Part shown: in pieces, positions 23,420-36,701 of the stretch
Layout: each line of letters opens with the position of its first letter
Numbering within the stretch: position 1 is the stretch's first letter
Source: Leptogorgia sarmentosa
Lineage: Eukaryota
Reading direction: 5' to 3'
Length of the DNA stretch: 64,000 nucleotides
Assembly: GCA_964658305.1 (NCBI GenBank)
Contig: OZ210884.1
Span: forward strand, 4,402,001 to 4,466,000
The notes under the pieces: model-generated
The model's database searches: none
The model's input: the letters and a program-made list of their open reading frames with translations, nothing else
What the model was told of the DNA's origin: nothing
Made by a program: the position numbers and the translations under genes

Positions 23420-24484
23420 TTATTTCCATGTTTCAAGTGTTACTTCTTCTTTGGTCGTTGTGTCATGTAAAGATTTGGCTCCGTTCATTTTCAACATTAT
23501 TTGACCACTTGCCACTACAGCTACTCTTTTCGTTTTTTGAAAGCATCGTTTAAACCCTTCGACAAGTTTCTGATCTAGCACTCCATAGATCAAAGGGTTA
23601 ACCGAAGAGGAACCCATTATGTACGAAACATAAAACAAACTCCTCGTGTAAATGTTTGTGAACCATCCAAAATCGTTTGCATCGGAAATCCACCATATTT
23701 CGAAAGGTAGCACAGCTACAGCGAAAATCCCGACGCTCACAGCACTCACAATAAAAGTCCTTTTATTGCGGTGGTGGCGAACTCTTTGCGAGTGTTTGTG
23801 GGCTTCGATAAGTGATTGCTGCCCATCGTAAGAGTCCATTTTCCTTGTTTGTTGTATTAAAGCTTTGCAAATTTTGAAATAAAGCACTGACATGATTGTA
23901 ACGGGCAGTATATAATGAATGTTAATGGGAAAAAAAGTATAAATGAGGCGAAAGGTGTTGTTTGACCATTCCATGTGGCATCCTTTTAATGGAGAAAACT
24001 TATAAGACAGAATGTAAGGAATGAGATAGATGGTTAAGATGCCGAAGAGAATAGGTGGTATAAATCTTAACTTCTTTCGAAAAACTGGGGGGTTTAAAGG
24101 TTTTAAAATGGCGCGATAACGAAAGACGCAAATGATAATCATAATTTGGATGCCAGACGTACAGGAAAACATCTCCAGATAACACCAAATTTTGCAAGCG
24201 ACTGTACTTGTGAACAGCCATTTGGGGGACCAGTTTTCGTAGTTTATTCTCAAGCCAGTCAACAGATGGAATATGTCGCACACTGCTAAAATTTGTACGA
24301 GGTAATAGTAGTTGCTCCTTAGCAATCGTGGCTGGTTCTTAATAGAGCAAACAACTAGAAGGTTCCCAGCGAGACCAAATATCAAAACCAAAGTTAATAT
24401 TGTCGCGACAACATATTAGTCATTCCATTGCCTTTCTTCTGCCCTAACGCTGTAAGATAACGGCCGGCTCATGTTTCTATCCAT
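23420..24484 (-). pseudogene. Intronless class A (rhodopsin-like) GPCR with an in-frame TAA at codon 23
   Basis: GN in TM1, LAVCD in TM2, FRY in place of DRY, LP in TM6 and NPLIY in TM7. Relative to the 48792 copy there is a 3 nt insertion (TTA at 24416-24418), giving GAC TAA TAT. Confidence 0.78.
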
Positions 24485-26320
24485 TGTAGTATGCAGTCCT
24501 CCCTATTTACAAGGCAAAACAGTTTTGATGTTTGTGAGCAATCTCCGGTTCAATTTATGTAGATTTCAATATGCGAAAATTTTCTGAGCAAACATTTAAT
24601 TTTGCATGTCTAATTTCAAAAGATTGATTGATGGGCGAGAATATTAAAAAAAATCTACTTAATAAAATGCCGATTTAAATTCTGTGACAGACGTTTTAAT
24701 GTCAATAAAATGTGATGTTCACAATAAAATATTCACTTTATACAAAAAATCGACATCAAATTTAATTTCGCGCATTAAATATTTATTTAAATAATAACTC
24801 CATCGATTTTCAGTTGGAAAGTAAATGATGTCCTCTGACAGTACATTAATGAAAAAAAACTTAATAATAATGCTTTGCGTTTTTTCCCGTATCTTAATAA
24901 CCATGGCCATGCATTGCGACGTATTAATTATAGTTCTCCAACACTTCACACTTACAGTACATATACGTTCAAGGTTGTCAGAAAACTAAGATAAGAGGGT
25001 AGCAACAGTAAAGACTATTGATAAATTCACTGTTTAATTCCAGAATGTTAAAGCTTTGTAAACGGAAAACTTTTTCATCTTTATTAATGCAAATTAAGAA
25101 CGAATTTTAGATAGAAAAGAATATAGCTATACTAGTAAATTTTGTCTTAAAATGGTTTTGTTCCAAGTCTATTAGGAATAAGGTCTATTTTCTCTAACAT
25201 TTCAAAACATTTCGTGCAAATATAAATCGTATATTTACACCAAATTCATGTTTAATAACATGATGAAATGAAAAATACCAATGAAAAATATCGGCAATAC
25301 AAAAAATGGATGTATTCGTTTATATATATTTCACGAGGGAAACCCATTACTATAGATAGGATGAAATGCGCTTTAGTATCTGCATAAAGGCATTTTATAG
25401 GTTATAACCGTAATACTGCTGTAGTGACGCATCGATCACATAGGGAATCACCCCCCCCCCCCACCCTGGATGATGTCACATTCTTAATATTTGCACGAGG
25501 GTCTCTCCTTCAGTTTAGGGCTCTTTCTCCGTGAGGAATCGTCGACTATACCCGCAGATTTGGCGGATTAGTACTCAGTGATAATCCAGAGATTTTCTAT
25601 TACGGTATAGGCAATAGTGCGCGTCCTGTGTCGTGGCACTGCGATTGTTCGAATTGAGATTTCAAAATACGGGGGAGCCATGGAAGACTCATACAATATC
25701 AACAATTAAAAAGACAGCTAGGACTAGAGAACTCATCATCAGGCGCGTGACCTACTGTCCTCGGCGGTGAGATGAAACGATACAGTTCCGCGGGGCAAGA
25801 AATAAGGAAATGTCGGGCAAAATTACTGAAGATTTAAAGGAACTAAAATTCGAAACAATTTGGGAATTCGTTTACAAACAAAACTTATTTTCGGCTTACA
25901 AATATTTTTTTAACACGATCATAGAATAACCGTTTGCTACCAGACTCTAAACGTTCAAGCACCTAAAAGTGCTGCAGGAGTAGAACTAGTAGAATGGGAA
26001 CTGATGGGATTTGCCTAATTTTGGCTGGGAAAATGGGATTTAATTCACTGGGATTGGGACTCATAAAAAACCCCAGTAAAAATGGGAATGGGATAAAGAT
26101 TTGATGACCGGCATAGCCACGAAGACGATAGGATTTGTTCTCTTGGACACCGGGTTTTAGTCAAAACCGCTCGGCTCGCCCGAAATGTCATCTATACGCG
26201 TGAAGACTTCATGATCACGCCCCTTTAGTCTGAGCTAACTTACTTGAAGATACTCTCACTCCAAGTCATTTGTAACTTCCTTGACATAGATACGTCAATC
26301 AACATACATACATACGTCAT

Positions 26321-29300
26321 AAAAACTCTTGAATTACTGAGCACCTATCCAAATATAAGGTACTTTCATTTCCATAACGTATCACAGAGAGGCACTGAAT
26401 TCTTGCTTTCAAATTTGCAATGTCACCGTTATCAATAAAACTACTTGTTTGTTTGTTTGGTTGGATTATCACTTAATTTGACTGACTGCACTGGTGAGTC
26501 GCATGATATCGTATTGTTAGTGTCCGTTTGACAACCGGAGCTAGATGCATGCATGCACGCGCAACCACTAATATTAGTTTAAAAATAGCCACCAATTCAT
26601 TCCAATTCCAGTTGGGAGAAAAAAAAGAGTAGAATTTATATTTCTGTATGAAATGTATCTGGTTGGTACACCAGAAGAGTTTCTTCAACATGCAGATATA
26701 GGATTATGTAAATAATTAACTTTTTGAATTTTCAAGTTGCATGCGCACCGGCACAACGATGAATTTTAGTGTGATGAATTTTATACTACAGCATAGGGAT
26801 TACGGTGTAACCTACTTCGGTGTAAGTTTTATTGGCTGAAAGATAGCTAAATCAGGGAATGAAGGCTCTATGCAGCCGTCGTGTGTTTAACTTTCTAGCT
26901 GCAATCAGTTAACAACAAACGGATATATCCTACTGTGCGGAAATTGAATGTATAAACACTACACATGTGCAAATTTATGCATGTACGTAAATTGTAAAAA
27001 GGCTCTTTTTCTAACGACCCCAAATTAAATTTCAGCCTCTTAATGACTGAAGCTGTTTTGGCCCTACCCAACAGCCGTTTTAACCTGGCAAATCTTAAAG
27101 AACATGTACGAGTCCTTTTATCTCTACAAATTAAACTATTCGACCCTACTTGCTATAACGACTCCCTCATTTTCCAATTTAGTCCCTCGCATTTTAAATC
27201 AGCCCCTTGGAGCGAAATAGCCCTCAGATTTAGGCCTATTTTGGCTCCTTCAAAGCGACTCTAATAGTAAATAGTGTACGTTTCACCCCTATAGTTGCCA
27301 TTTTAGCCCTTGAATCTTTATTTTTTGTATTGTGAATTCCAATCATAGCCATGTATATCATATTACGCATGATATATTGACGCAGACTCGCATTCAAGGG
27401 TGTATGAAAATGATTTGCAACCCGAAGATATTATCTTCGGGTTAAAGATATTCATAAATTTCAGCAAAAAATCTTATAATGATATACTAACATATATTAC
27501 CACAATTGGAAATATTAACGTCTTGTTAGCAACAAATTATTGTATTATTCGGTATTGTAAACTTATCCAACCATACAACAAAGATGCTACCGACCGAGCA
27601 GCAAATTTTGGAGCTGTGGAAATACCAGGTTGATATTCACGCGACATTCAGGGAATAAGAACTGGAACTATGTAGCTATCGGTTTTAATTTCTATGGAAA
27701 TTATAAAAACAAGGTGGCTCATGGGAGGTACAGAATGCATTTAGCAGCCAAAAACTATTTGGTGCATTTATATCACACACATTAGTCGACCTTTAACGCG
27801 ATTGAACAATTCAGGTTGTTTCTTTTTCAGGTCTTGTGAGAATTGCTTCGTTCATATCCGGTCGTTCATCCGAAGGCACATGTGATTCTGACAAAGAAAA
27901 CTGTGAAGGTATATAAAAGTTTATCATTGGGTTGATCATGCACTGTGGTAAATAATAAACTGCGTGAGGGCTAAACGATACTAATCATACTGTATGTGAA
28001 GTCATTTTTCATTTCGCCCCGCATGCCAGTTAATCTTGATTGGCTATACTATATAATTTCACATGAGAGATTATTAACGATCATTTCACATCTCATATTC
28101 TTGTAAACCCCGAAATAAGTTTCAGATTTCCGCACATGCACATTTCATTCTAATTTAGTTTCTGTATATTGGTCTATAAACTGTTGAGCAACGAAAAACT
28201 CTAATTTCTTAATTTTGGGATTTGAAATATGCTAATGAAAGGACTAATGCATAGGCGACATTAAAAAAAATTTTGGAATAAATAGATATCACGTGAAGTT
28301 ACCGAGCGAGAAAATTTTGAACATACAAGGTCTCTAGATCGCCGAATATGTACGAAGATGCCATAGAAGTTATAAGGCCAACATTGAAGCTGCATTTTAC
28401 TTTTATTTGCTCAACAAGAAGAAATCACCTGGCCCATGTATTGTTCATATTTTTCATGTCAACCTATAATTTCACGTTGCAAAATGCAAAATTCCCATTC
28501 CATTCATATTTGCATGACATTCATTTGTAACGTAGCGCGGGAATCTGTAATGAAACTGCTCTTCTGCATATTATGCAGCTAGAATAGTTTAATTTGTAGC
28601 GCCGATGTCGCTATTTTAGTTAACTTGAAACCATCTATCTGAGCCAAAGCCATTCAAAAACTCTTGAATTACTGAGCACCTATCCAAATATAAGGTACTT
28701 TCATTTCCATAACGTATCACAGTGAGGCACTGAATTCTTGCTTTCAAATTTGCAATGTCACCGTTATGAATAAAACTACTTGTTTGTTTGGTTGGTTGGA
28801 TTATCACTTAATTTGACTGACTGCACTGGTGAGTCGCATGATATCGTATTGTTAGTATCCGTTTGACAACCGGAGCTAGATGCATGCATGCACGCGCAAC
28901 CACTAATATTAGTTTAAAAATAGCCACCAATTCATTCCAATTCCAGTTGGGAGAAAAAATAGGGTAGAATTTATATTTCTGTATGAAATGTATCTGGTTG
29001 GTACACCAGAAGAGTTTCTTCAACATGCAGATATAGGATTATGTAAATAATTAACTTTTTGAATTTTCAAGTTGCATGCGCACCGGCACAACGATGAATT
29101 TTGTGATGAATTTTATACTACAGCATAGGGATTACGGTGTAACCTACTTCGGTGTAAGTTTTATTGGCTGAAAGATAGCTAAATCAGGGAATGAAGGCTC
29201 TATGCAGCCGTCGTGTGTTTAACTTTCTAGCTGCAATCAGTTAACAACAAACGGATATATCCTACTGTGCGGAAATTGGATGTATAAACACTACACATGT

Positions 29301-30986
29301 GCAAATTTATGCATGTACGTAAATTGTAAAAAGGCTCTTTTTCTAACGACCCCAAATTAAATTTCAGCCTCTTAATGACTGAAGCTGTTTTGGCCCTACC
29401 CAACAGCCGTTTTAACCTGGCAAATCTTAAACAACATGTACGAGTCCTTTTATCTCTACAAATTAAACTATTCGACCCTACTTGCTATAACGACTCCCTC
29501 ATTTTCCAATTTAGTCCCTCGCATTTTAAATCAGCCCCTTGGAGCGAAATAGCCCTCAGATTTAGGCCTATTTTGGCTCCTTCAAAGCGACTCTAATAGT
29601 AAATAGTGTACGTTTCACCCCTATAGTTGCCATTTTAGCCCTTGAATCTTTATTTTTTGTATTGTGAATTCCAATCATAGCCATGTATATCATATTACGC
29701 ATGATATATTGACGCAGACTCGCATTCAAGGGTGTATGAACATGATTTGCAACCCGAAGATATTATCTTCGGGTTAAAGATATTCATAAATTTCAGCAAA
29801 AAATCTTATAATGATATACTAACATATATTACCACAATTGGAAATATTAACGTCTTGTTAGCAACAAATTATTGTATTATTCGGTATTGTAAACTTATCC
29901 AACCATACAACAAAGATGCTACCGACCGAGCAGCAAATTTTGGAGCTGTGGAAATACCAGGTTGATATTCACGCGACATTCAGGGAATAAGAACTGGAAC
30001 TATGTAGCTATCGGTTTTAATTTCTATGGAAATTATAAAAACAAGGTGGCTCATGGGAGGTACAGAATGCATTTAGCAGCCAAAAACTATTTGGTGCATT
30101 TATATCACACACATTAGTCGACCTTTAACGCGATTGAACAATTCAGGTTGTTTCTTTTTCAGGTCTTGTGAGAATTGCTTCGTTCATATCCGGTCGTTCA
30201 TCCGAAGGCACATGTGATTCTGACAAAGAAAACTGTGAAGGTATATAAAAGTTTATCATTGGGTTGATCATGCACTGTGGTAAATAATAAACTGCGTGAG
30301 GGCTAAACGATACTAATCATACTGTATGTGAAGTCATTTTTCATTTCGCCCCGCATGCCAGTTAATCTTGATTGGCTATACTATATAATTTTACATGAGA
30401 GATTATTAACGATCATTTCACATCTCATATTCTTGTAAACCCCGAAATAAGTTTCAGATTTCCGCACATGCACATTTCATTCTAATTTAGTTTCTGTATA
30501 TTGGTCTATAAACTGTTGAGCAACGAAAAACTCTAATTTCTTAATTTTGGGATTTGAAATATGCTAATGAAAGGACTAATGCATAGGCGACATTAAAAAA
30601 AATTATGGAATAAATAGATATCACGTGAAGTTACCGAGCGAGAAAATTTTGAACATACAAGGTCTCTAGATCGCCGAATATGTCTATACGAAGATGCCAT
30701 AGAAGTTATAAGGCCAACATTGAAGCTGCATTTTACTTTTATTTGCTCAACAAGAAGAAATCACCTGGCCCATGTATTGTTCATATTTTTCATGTCAACC
30801 TATAATTTCACGTTGCAAAATGCAAAATTCCCATTCCATTCATATTTGCATGACATTCATTTGCAACGTAGCGCGGGAATCTGTAATGAAACTGCTCTTC
30901 TGCGAATTATGCAGCTAGAATAGTTTAATTTGTAGCGCCGATGTCGCTATTTTAGTTTACTTGAAACCATCTATTTGAGCCAAAGC
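26321..30986 (+). repeat. Tandem duplication of a 2335 bp unit (26321-28655, 28656-30986); single copy in the second block
   Basis: AAAAACTCTTGAATTACTGAGCACC at 26321 and 28656; duplicated short ORFs in the track; only one copy at 50628-52957. Confidence 0.92.
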
Positions 30987-31411
30987 ATTTATAGTATAAT
31001 GTTAATTAAGTATGCAGGCAGTTCGCCAAGCACGATATCACTATGTCGAAGGCTTATACAGTATAACTCTCTAGTAATTGGACCAAAGAAAGAAAATGTT
31101 ATGAAGGGAAGAAACCCCAAATTAACTTTTAGCGAAGTGAATCGATAAATTCATTTTCAGTTATTGATTTTTACGGGAAATGAAGAAAGTCCTTAGCAAC
31201 TAGTACTATAACGACGCACTCAAAGTCGCATGGTAACCACTATACGTATATTTCCGTTAACGTAAACACGTCTAGCTTGTTAGGGACCCCCAACGTGCAC
31301 GTAAGCAGCCATGCAGCTAGAGCAAAAATTTTTTAGTATTTGAGTATGTGAGATTCGCTCGAGTTGTATTGTGCGAAGTTGTACATGAAATACTCAACAC
31401 TAATAAGATTT

Positions 31412-31784
31412 TGTACACATATAATATTTATTCACATATATTAAAGTAGCATCACAAAAGAATACAATTGATAATAACTCACCAAGCGCGAAACTAAGAC
31501 TGTGACTATATGAATTCGCGCGTTATTTTATACGTTAGCTAGTAAAGGCGAGGCGGAAATGCAATTAGGATTAGTGTCCAGATAATTGGGGCGCGTTAGC
31601 ACTATTAGGCTAGGTGTTAAACGGAAATTTTAAGTTAATGTCATTTGCGGGCGTAACGGAAAAAATATGGGCGAGTTCATTTCCTAACAGCATTATGACG
31701 ATGAATATTGTTCCAATGACGAATTATGTTTGCGTGCGCAAACGCATATTTTGCGCGTTCTTTGATTGTGTGGGTGACACTACA
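31412..31784 (-). repeat. 3' LTR of the Gypsy element (left boundary approximate)
   Basis: On the minus strand the PPT-like AGCAGGGGG precedes TGTAGTG at 31784. TATAAAA at ~31532-31526, AATAAA at ~31432-31427, and an ...GTACA end at 31412. Confidence 0.65.
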
Positions 31785-31807
31785 GGAGCCCCCTGCTAGT
31801 GCAGAAG

Positions 31808-34800
31808 TTAAGAATTAACGATGAACGATACTTTCACGTAGCGATCAGGAAAATGAACACGTCGGCCTGAGCGTGTGCGTCGAACTGGAGGTTCGTGTGG
31901 AACCACAGGTTGTTGGTTAACAGGCAGTGCAGGTTGCGTTGTTGAAGGTAACACAGTGGGCTCCAGGTCGAGGTGTGCTGGTTTCAGGCGGTCGATGGAG
32001 ATGTTGTCTGTGCGATTTCCGAGATCGATTTTGAAGTGTTTCGTGGAGCGCGAGATAACAAGATAGGGGCCATCATAAGGGGGTTGTAGTGGCTGTCGTA
32101 CGGCGTCACGACGAATAAAAACATGCGTGCAGGTTTGAAGGCCAGTGGGTACATGAGATGCACGAGATGTAGCACGGGTGGGCGGAGGTCGCAAATCGTA
32201 AAGGGTGCTTTTGAGGCGGTCCACGTAGGAGGTAGGCTGCAGGTCGGCTTTCGAGGCAGGTTGATTGAAGTATTCGCCTGGTAAACACAGGGTTGTGCCA
32301 TAAACTCGCTCAGCAACACTGTGGCCAAGATCAGCTTTAACGGCGGTTCTGATACCTAAGAGAACGAGGGGTAGGCGTTCGCTCCAGTGGGTGGGATCAG
32401 CGGTTGCTTTCAGTGAGGCTTTCAACTGACGGTGAAAACGTTCAACGAGACCATTTGCAATAGGGTGGTAGGCGGTGGTTCGAATTCGGGTTGTACCGAG
32501 GAATTGGGTGAGGCTAGCAAAGAGGGTACTCTCAAATTGTCTGCCGCGGTCGGTTGTGAGAACCTGGGGAACACCAAAACGGGATATCCACGATGTGATG
32601 AAAGCTCTGGCAACGGACTCAGCTGTAATGGTGGAAATGGGAATGGCTTCAGGCCAGCGGGTGAAACGGTCGATGCAGGTTAAGATGTAAGAATGGCCAT
32701 TAGAAGTAGGTAAAGGGCCAACAAGGTCGATGTGGACGTGGGAAAATCTAGCGGTGGGGATCGCAAATTGTGACAAGGGTGCACATGTGTGTCGTTGTAT
32801 TTTGCAGCGTTGGCATTGAATACATGTTCGTGTCCACTGTCGTACGTCGTGGTTGATGTTGGGCCAAACATAGCGGTCGGTAATCAGACGCTGAGTTGCT
32901 TTGATACCAGGGTGGGAAAGATTGTGTAGAGCGTTGAAAATGGAACGGCGAAATGGCTTCGGAACAAATGGTCTTGGCTTACCAGTAGACATATCGCAAG
33001 TAATGGTGTTGGACGAGGTGGGTAAAGGATGATCTTCGAATTTGAACGGTGAGGAGGGATTCATGCGGAAATCTCTGAGGGTGTCATCAGTGCGTTGAGC
33101 TTTCGCGATAGCGTGAAGGTCAATCGAGGAAGTGGAGACGGGTGTTAAGGTGGCGATGCGTGATAGCGCATCAGCGACAGGGTTGGAGTGTCCACTGACA
33201 TGACGAATATCCGTGGTGAACTGTGCAATAAAATCAAGATGTCGTATCTCGCGAGGTGAGTGGCGGGTAGTTGACTTGTGTAAGGCATAGGTGAGCGGTT
33301 TATGATCGGTCAAAACGAAGAACTCACGACCTTCAAGATGATGACGGAAATGTCGGATAGCGAGGTACACGGCGAGAAGTTCGCGGCCAAAGGTGCTATA
33401 CCGAGTTTCAGCGGGCTGAAGGCGCTTCGAGTAGAAACCGAGTGGTTGCCATGCATTGTTGACTTTCTGTTGGAGGACTGCACCCACTGCCACGTCGGAG
33501 GCGTCGGTCATAAGAGACAGCTCAGCGTCGGGTTTCGGATGTGACAGCAGAGTGGAGTTGGCGAGGGCGGTCTTTACCATGTGGAAAGCGGACTTGGCGG
33601 AGTCGGACCAAACTAGTGGAGAGTTGCGGGACTTTTTGGACGAGGCAGGAGAGGCAAGCATGTCGGTCAGCGGTTGAAGGATGCGTGAGCACTGGGGAAT
33701 GAAACGTCGGTAGAAATTCACGAGGCCGAGGAATTCACGGAGCTTGGTTAGGGATTGTGGGAGAGGAAAATCGCGGATTACGTGAACTTTCGACTCGAGG
33801 GGTGTAATGCCGGTTGTACTAACTGAATGACCAAGAAACTCGAGAGATGAAACACCCAAAACAGACTTTGTGGGGTTGATAATCACGCCATACTGTTGGA
33901 GACGGTCAAAAAGTAAACGTAATTGGGCTTCGTGGTCTGCAGGGTTATTGCTGGCGATGAGGATGTCGTCGATATACACGTAAACAAAATCCAGACCGCG
34001 AGTAACTTCGTCCATGAAACGTTGAAATGTTTGTGCTGCGTTGCGGAGACCAAACGGCATCTTCAAGAATTCAAATAAGCCAAATGGTGTGGTGATGGCA
34101 GTTTTGCAAATATCGCCGTCGGCCACGGGAATTTGATGGTAGGCACGAACGAGGTCAATTTTGGAGAAAATTGTCTTACCATGCAGTGCGGCGGAGAAAT
34201 CGTGAAGATGTGGAATTGGATACTGGTCAGGTACCGTAACGCGATTAAGGGCGCGATAATCACCACAAGGACGCCAATCACCCGGTTGAGGCTTGGGAAC
34301 CATGTGGAGTGGAGAGGCCCAATGACTGCTGGAGGGGCGAATAATTCCCGTGTCCAACATGTGCTGGAATTCGTCTTTAGCGACTTTCAGGCGAGGAGGT
34401 GGAAGGCGACGAGGTCGGGCTGAGCACGGCGGACCACGGGTGACAATATGGTGTGCGATGTGTGCTTCACCGTTGTCTGCTTGGTGGTAGGACGAATAGT
34501 TCGTGTATGGTGTTGGTGGTAATGAAGCGTAGACTGGGCTAAATGCCGGTAGGGTTGAGGTAACACCGTTGACGTGCAGGTGGGTTACCGCGTCAATCAA
34601 GCAGTGGTGGCGAAGATCGACCAGTAGATTGAAGTGGCGGAGGAAATCAGCGCCGATGATGGCGTGTTTGACATCAGCGATGGTGAATATCCAGGAGAAG
34701 GAACGTCGGAGACCAATGTTGAGGGTTAGTGATCTGGTACCGTAGGTGGCAATTGTGGACGAATTGGCAGCCTGGAGATCATAACCTTGGCGATTAGTTC

Positions 34801-34954
34801 GGTCAGGTGGTCGTGGTGGAAGGACGCTCACTTCCGCGCCTGTATCGATAAGGAATTGTTGCTTGGCCGTGGCGTCGGTTACGTAAAACAGGCGGCTTTG
34901 GTGGGAAACGCCAGACGAGTCAGCCGCGTCTATTGCCTGGCGTTGGAGTTTGAC
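31808..34954 (-). CDS. pol: Gypsy pol polyprotein (protease, RT, RNase H, integrase), entered by -1 frameshift from gag
   Basis: LIDTGA, YIDD, TDAS, HNLSH..CIQC, HIDLVG/TTDRG/VERFH (DDE) and GPY. There is no ATG at the ORF start and it overlaps gag in the -1 frame. Confidence 0.93.
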   Translation of the reverse strand, partial: VKLQRQAIDAADSSGVSHQSRLFYVTDATAKQQFLIDTGAEVSVLPPRPPDRTNRQGYDLQAANSSTIATYGTRSLTLNIGLRRSFSWIFTIADVKHAIIGADFLRHFNLLVDLRHHCLIDAVTHLHVNGVTSTLPAFSPVYASLPPTPYTNYSSYHQADNGEAHIAHHIVTRGPPCSARPRRLPPPRLKVAKDEFQHMLDTGIIRPSSSHWASPLHMVPKPQPGDWRPCGDYRALNRVTVPDQYPIPHLHDFSAALHGKTIFSKIDLVRAYHQIPVADGDICKTAITTPFGLFEFLKMPFGLRNAAQTFQRFMDEVTRGLDFVYVYIDDILIASNNPADHEAQLRLLFDRLQQYGVIINPTKSVLGVSSLEFLGHSVSTTGITPLESKVHVIRDFPLPQSLTKLREFLGLVNFYRRFIPQCSRILQPLTDMLASPASSKKSRNSPLVWSDSAKSAFHMVKTALANSTLLSHPKPDAELSLMTDASDVAVGAVLQQKVNNAWQPLGFYSKRLQPAETRYSTFGRELLAVYLAIRHFRHHLEGREFFVLTDHKPLTYALHKSTTRHSPREIRHLDFIAQFTTDIRHVSGHSNPVADALSRIATLTPVSTSSIDLHAIAKAQRTDDTLRDFRMNPSSPFKFEDHPLPTSSNTITCDMSTGKPRPFVPKPFRRSIFNALHNLSHPGIKATQRLITDRYVWPNINHDVRQWTRTCIQCQRCKIQRHTCAPLSQFAIPTARFSHVHIDLVGPLPTSNGHSYILTCIDRFTRWPEAIPISTITAESVARAFITSWISRFGVPQVLTTDRGRQFESTLFASLTQFLGTTRIRTTAYHPIANGLVERFHRQLKASLKATADPTHWSERLPLVLLGIRTAVKADLGHSVAERVYGTTLCLPGEYFNQPASKADLQPTSYVDRLKSTLYDLRPPPTRATSRASHVPTGLQTCTHVFIRRDAVRQPLQPPYDGPYLVISRSTKHFKIDLGNRTDNISIDRLKPAHLDLEPTVLPSTTQPALPVNQQPVVPHEPPVRRTRSGRRVHFPDRYVKVSFIVNS

Positions 34955-35211
34955 GGTGACGATTGTGGATGGAATGAACAGGGCGGTGAACACTTTCTCG
35001 CGGCTGAACCGAATTTGGTGTGGTACCAACAAGCGAGGGAGCCAGTGGCTGGTTCAGCAGGTGTACGAGGGGGACTGCCGTCACGGGTGGGAGAAGTTGA
35101 ACGGCGGCTGTTCGAGCGGCTTCGGCGTCGTGAGTGATGACCGTTCCTGGGTTGGTTGAAGTTGCGGCTAAAATTGCTGATGGTGGTGGTCAGGTGTGAC
35201 ACTAGTTCACG
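34930..35211 (-). pseudogene. gag: C-terminal fragment of Gypsy gag
   Basis: [40 protein letters not shown]; truncated at ~35211. Confidence 0.85.
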
Positions 35212-35320
35212 ATATTTCCCTCAGTGATGATATTTTTCTCGGGGCAGAGCCCCTCGGAAAATATCATCACTTCGGGAAATATTACGCCGAATCCCCCTCG
35301 CTCCGGGTCTATAAATGATA
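35211..35320 (+). mobile_element. 3' hairpin remnant of an asymmetric-IR element fused to the broken gag (copy at 57182-57291)
   Basis: ATATTTCCC..AGTGATGATATTTT..GGGGCAGAGCCCC..AAAATATCATCACT..GGGAAATAT palindrome, ending TATAAATGATA. Confidence 0.65.
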
Positions 35321-36701
35321 AATATCAAACCTTGATCTTGCTGTATTACCTCGCTATCTCTCGCTCAATACAGCAAGACCTCAAAGTTTGATATTTTCCC
35401 GTACAGCCCTCACTTTCAGTCAGTAAGTTGTTAATACTCAGGGCCGTAGCTAGAACGTTATAATTGAAGGCTCATCCGGGGTGAGTCAGAAAAACTGATA
35501 TTTTGAAATTCAAATTAGCTGCATTTCATCATTTAATCGCACCGACGTTTCCTGAATATCCCATAATAGGTATGAAGCATGTCAAATAAACAGACGATAT
35601 AAATTCCGCCTGTGGGAGTCTGATCATGTATTATTGTTAAATTGTAGCAAGAGCTTCTCGCGGTTAATATGAATTTTTAATCCAGGGTAAATATACCAAG
35701 TATATGCAATATATAGCTTATTCCGAAGCTGTTGTCACGGCATCATAAAATTATGGTAACGGAATGTTCACCAGCCACTGTGCAATACTGGTACAGCATT
35801 TAAAAAAAATTTTGCTTTTTATGTTCAGAGATAGCTATCATTAATTTGTACAATCAAATTGGCATACCCTGGAGTAAATGAAGTCACAATTTGTCTAATT
35901 TGAATATTTTCAAAAGGCAAATATCTCTTCAAGGAGACGATATAATGAGAGTTGATAATGAAGCATTCTTTCAATATAAACCATCACCACATTATCGGTT
36001 TCTCAATATATATCGTCTCCTTCAAGAGATTTTCGCCTTTTGAAAATATACAAGATGGTTTATATTGAAAGGATGTTTCATGCATGCAGATGAAAATTAG
36101 GGATTGAAAATTTTTCCATAACAGTGCCACTTTAAGCCGATGTTACACGGGATGATTTTCATTGCAATGCAAATGAGTTGCACGAGATTTGATTGGTTAA
36201 GCAGCTGTTGCGATGCGAATTCTCGTTAAAAATCATTCCGTGTAACATTGGCTAATTAAAGCATATCAATTATATGCTTGATTTAGCTGAAGAACACGCG
36301 TGCTACGTACATTTTATTGTAGGGATATGAATTTTCGTGCTGCTCCTAGAATATAGTTGCATCGAGTTGAGTGTATATATATATATATATAGCTGCTGAG
36401 TACCATTCTTGATTAGTTAGGCGAGCAAACGGTTGATGCATGTATATTTCTATAAATTTCAGTTCACCATATTGAATTGATTTGTTCAGAGCGTCATGCA
36501 GTGCCATGTATGAATTTTCTTGTACATGCATGTTATTTTTTCACCATAGGCGATTATTGGAATATCGATTATCCAAAAATTCCAACTTTTTATGTTAACC
36601 TCTGTTGATCTGCTCTCGTTTTTAGTGTTGCTTCGCTAGCGAAGGTGTTTGGCACACTTGCCTTTAACTTTTTCACCTTACTAAGGAAAAGAACCAAATC
36701 G

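Larger units (their letters stand above)
31412..35211 (-). mobile_element. 5'-truncated Ty3/Gypsy LTR retrotransposon, CsRn1-like clade
   Basis: Gag C-terminus with CWYH-x9-C-x3-C (CHCC); pol order PR-RT-RH-IN; GC-rich relative to the flanks; no 5' LTR or PBS. Confidence 0.93.

Noticed and set aside
25985..27320. TGGGA-rich and TTTAGCCC-rich tracts
   Set aside because: Probably decayed transposon subterminal repeats; no ends or TSDs could be defined.
31875..35159. Short overlapping ORFs on both strands of the Gypsy element (also 53846-57130)
   Set aside because: These are shadow frames of GC-rich pol sequence with no recognisable motifs.
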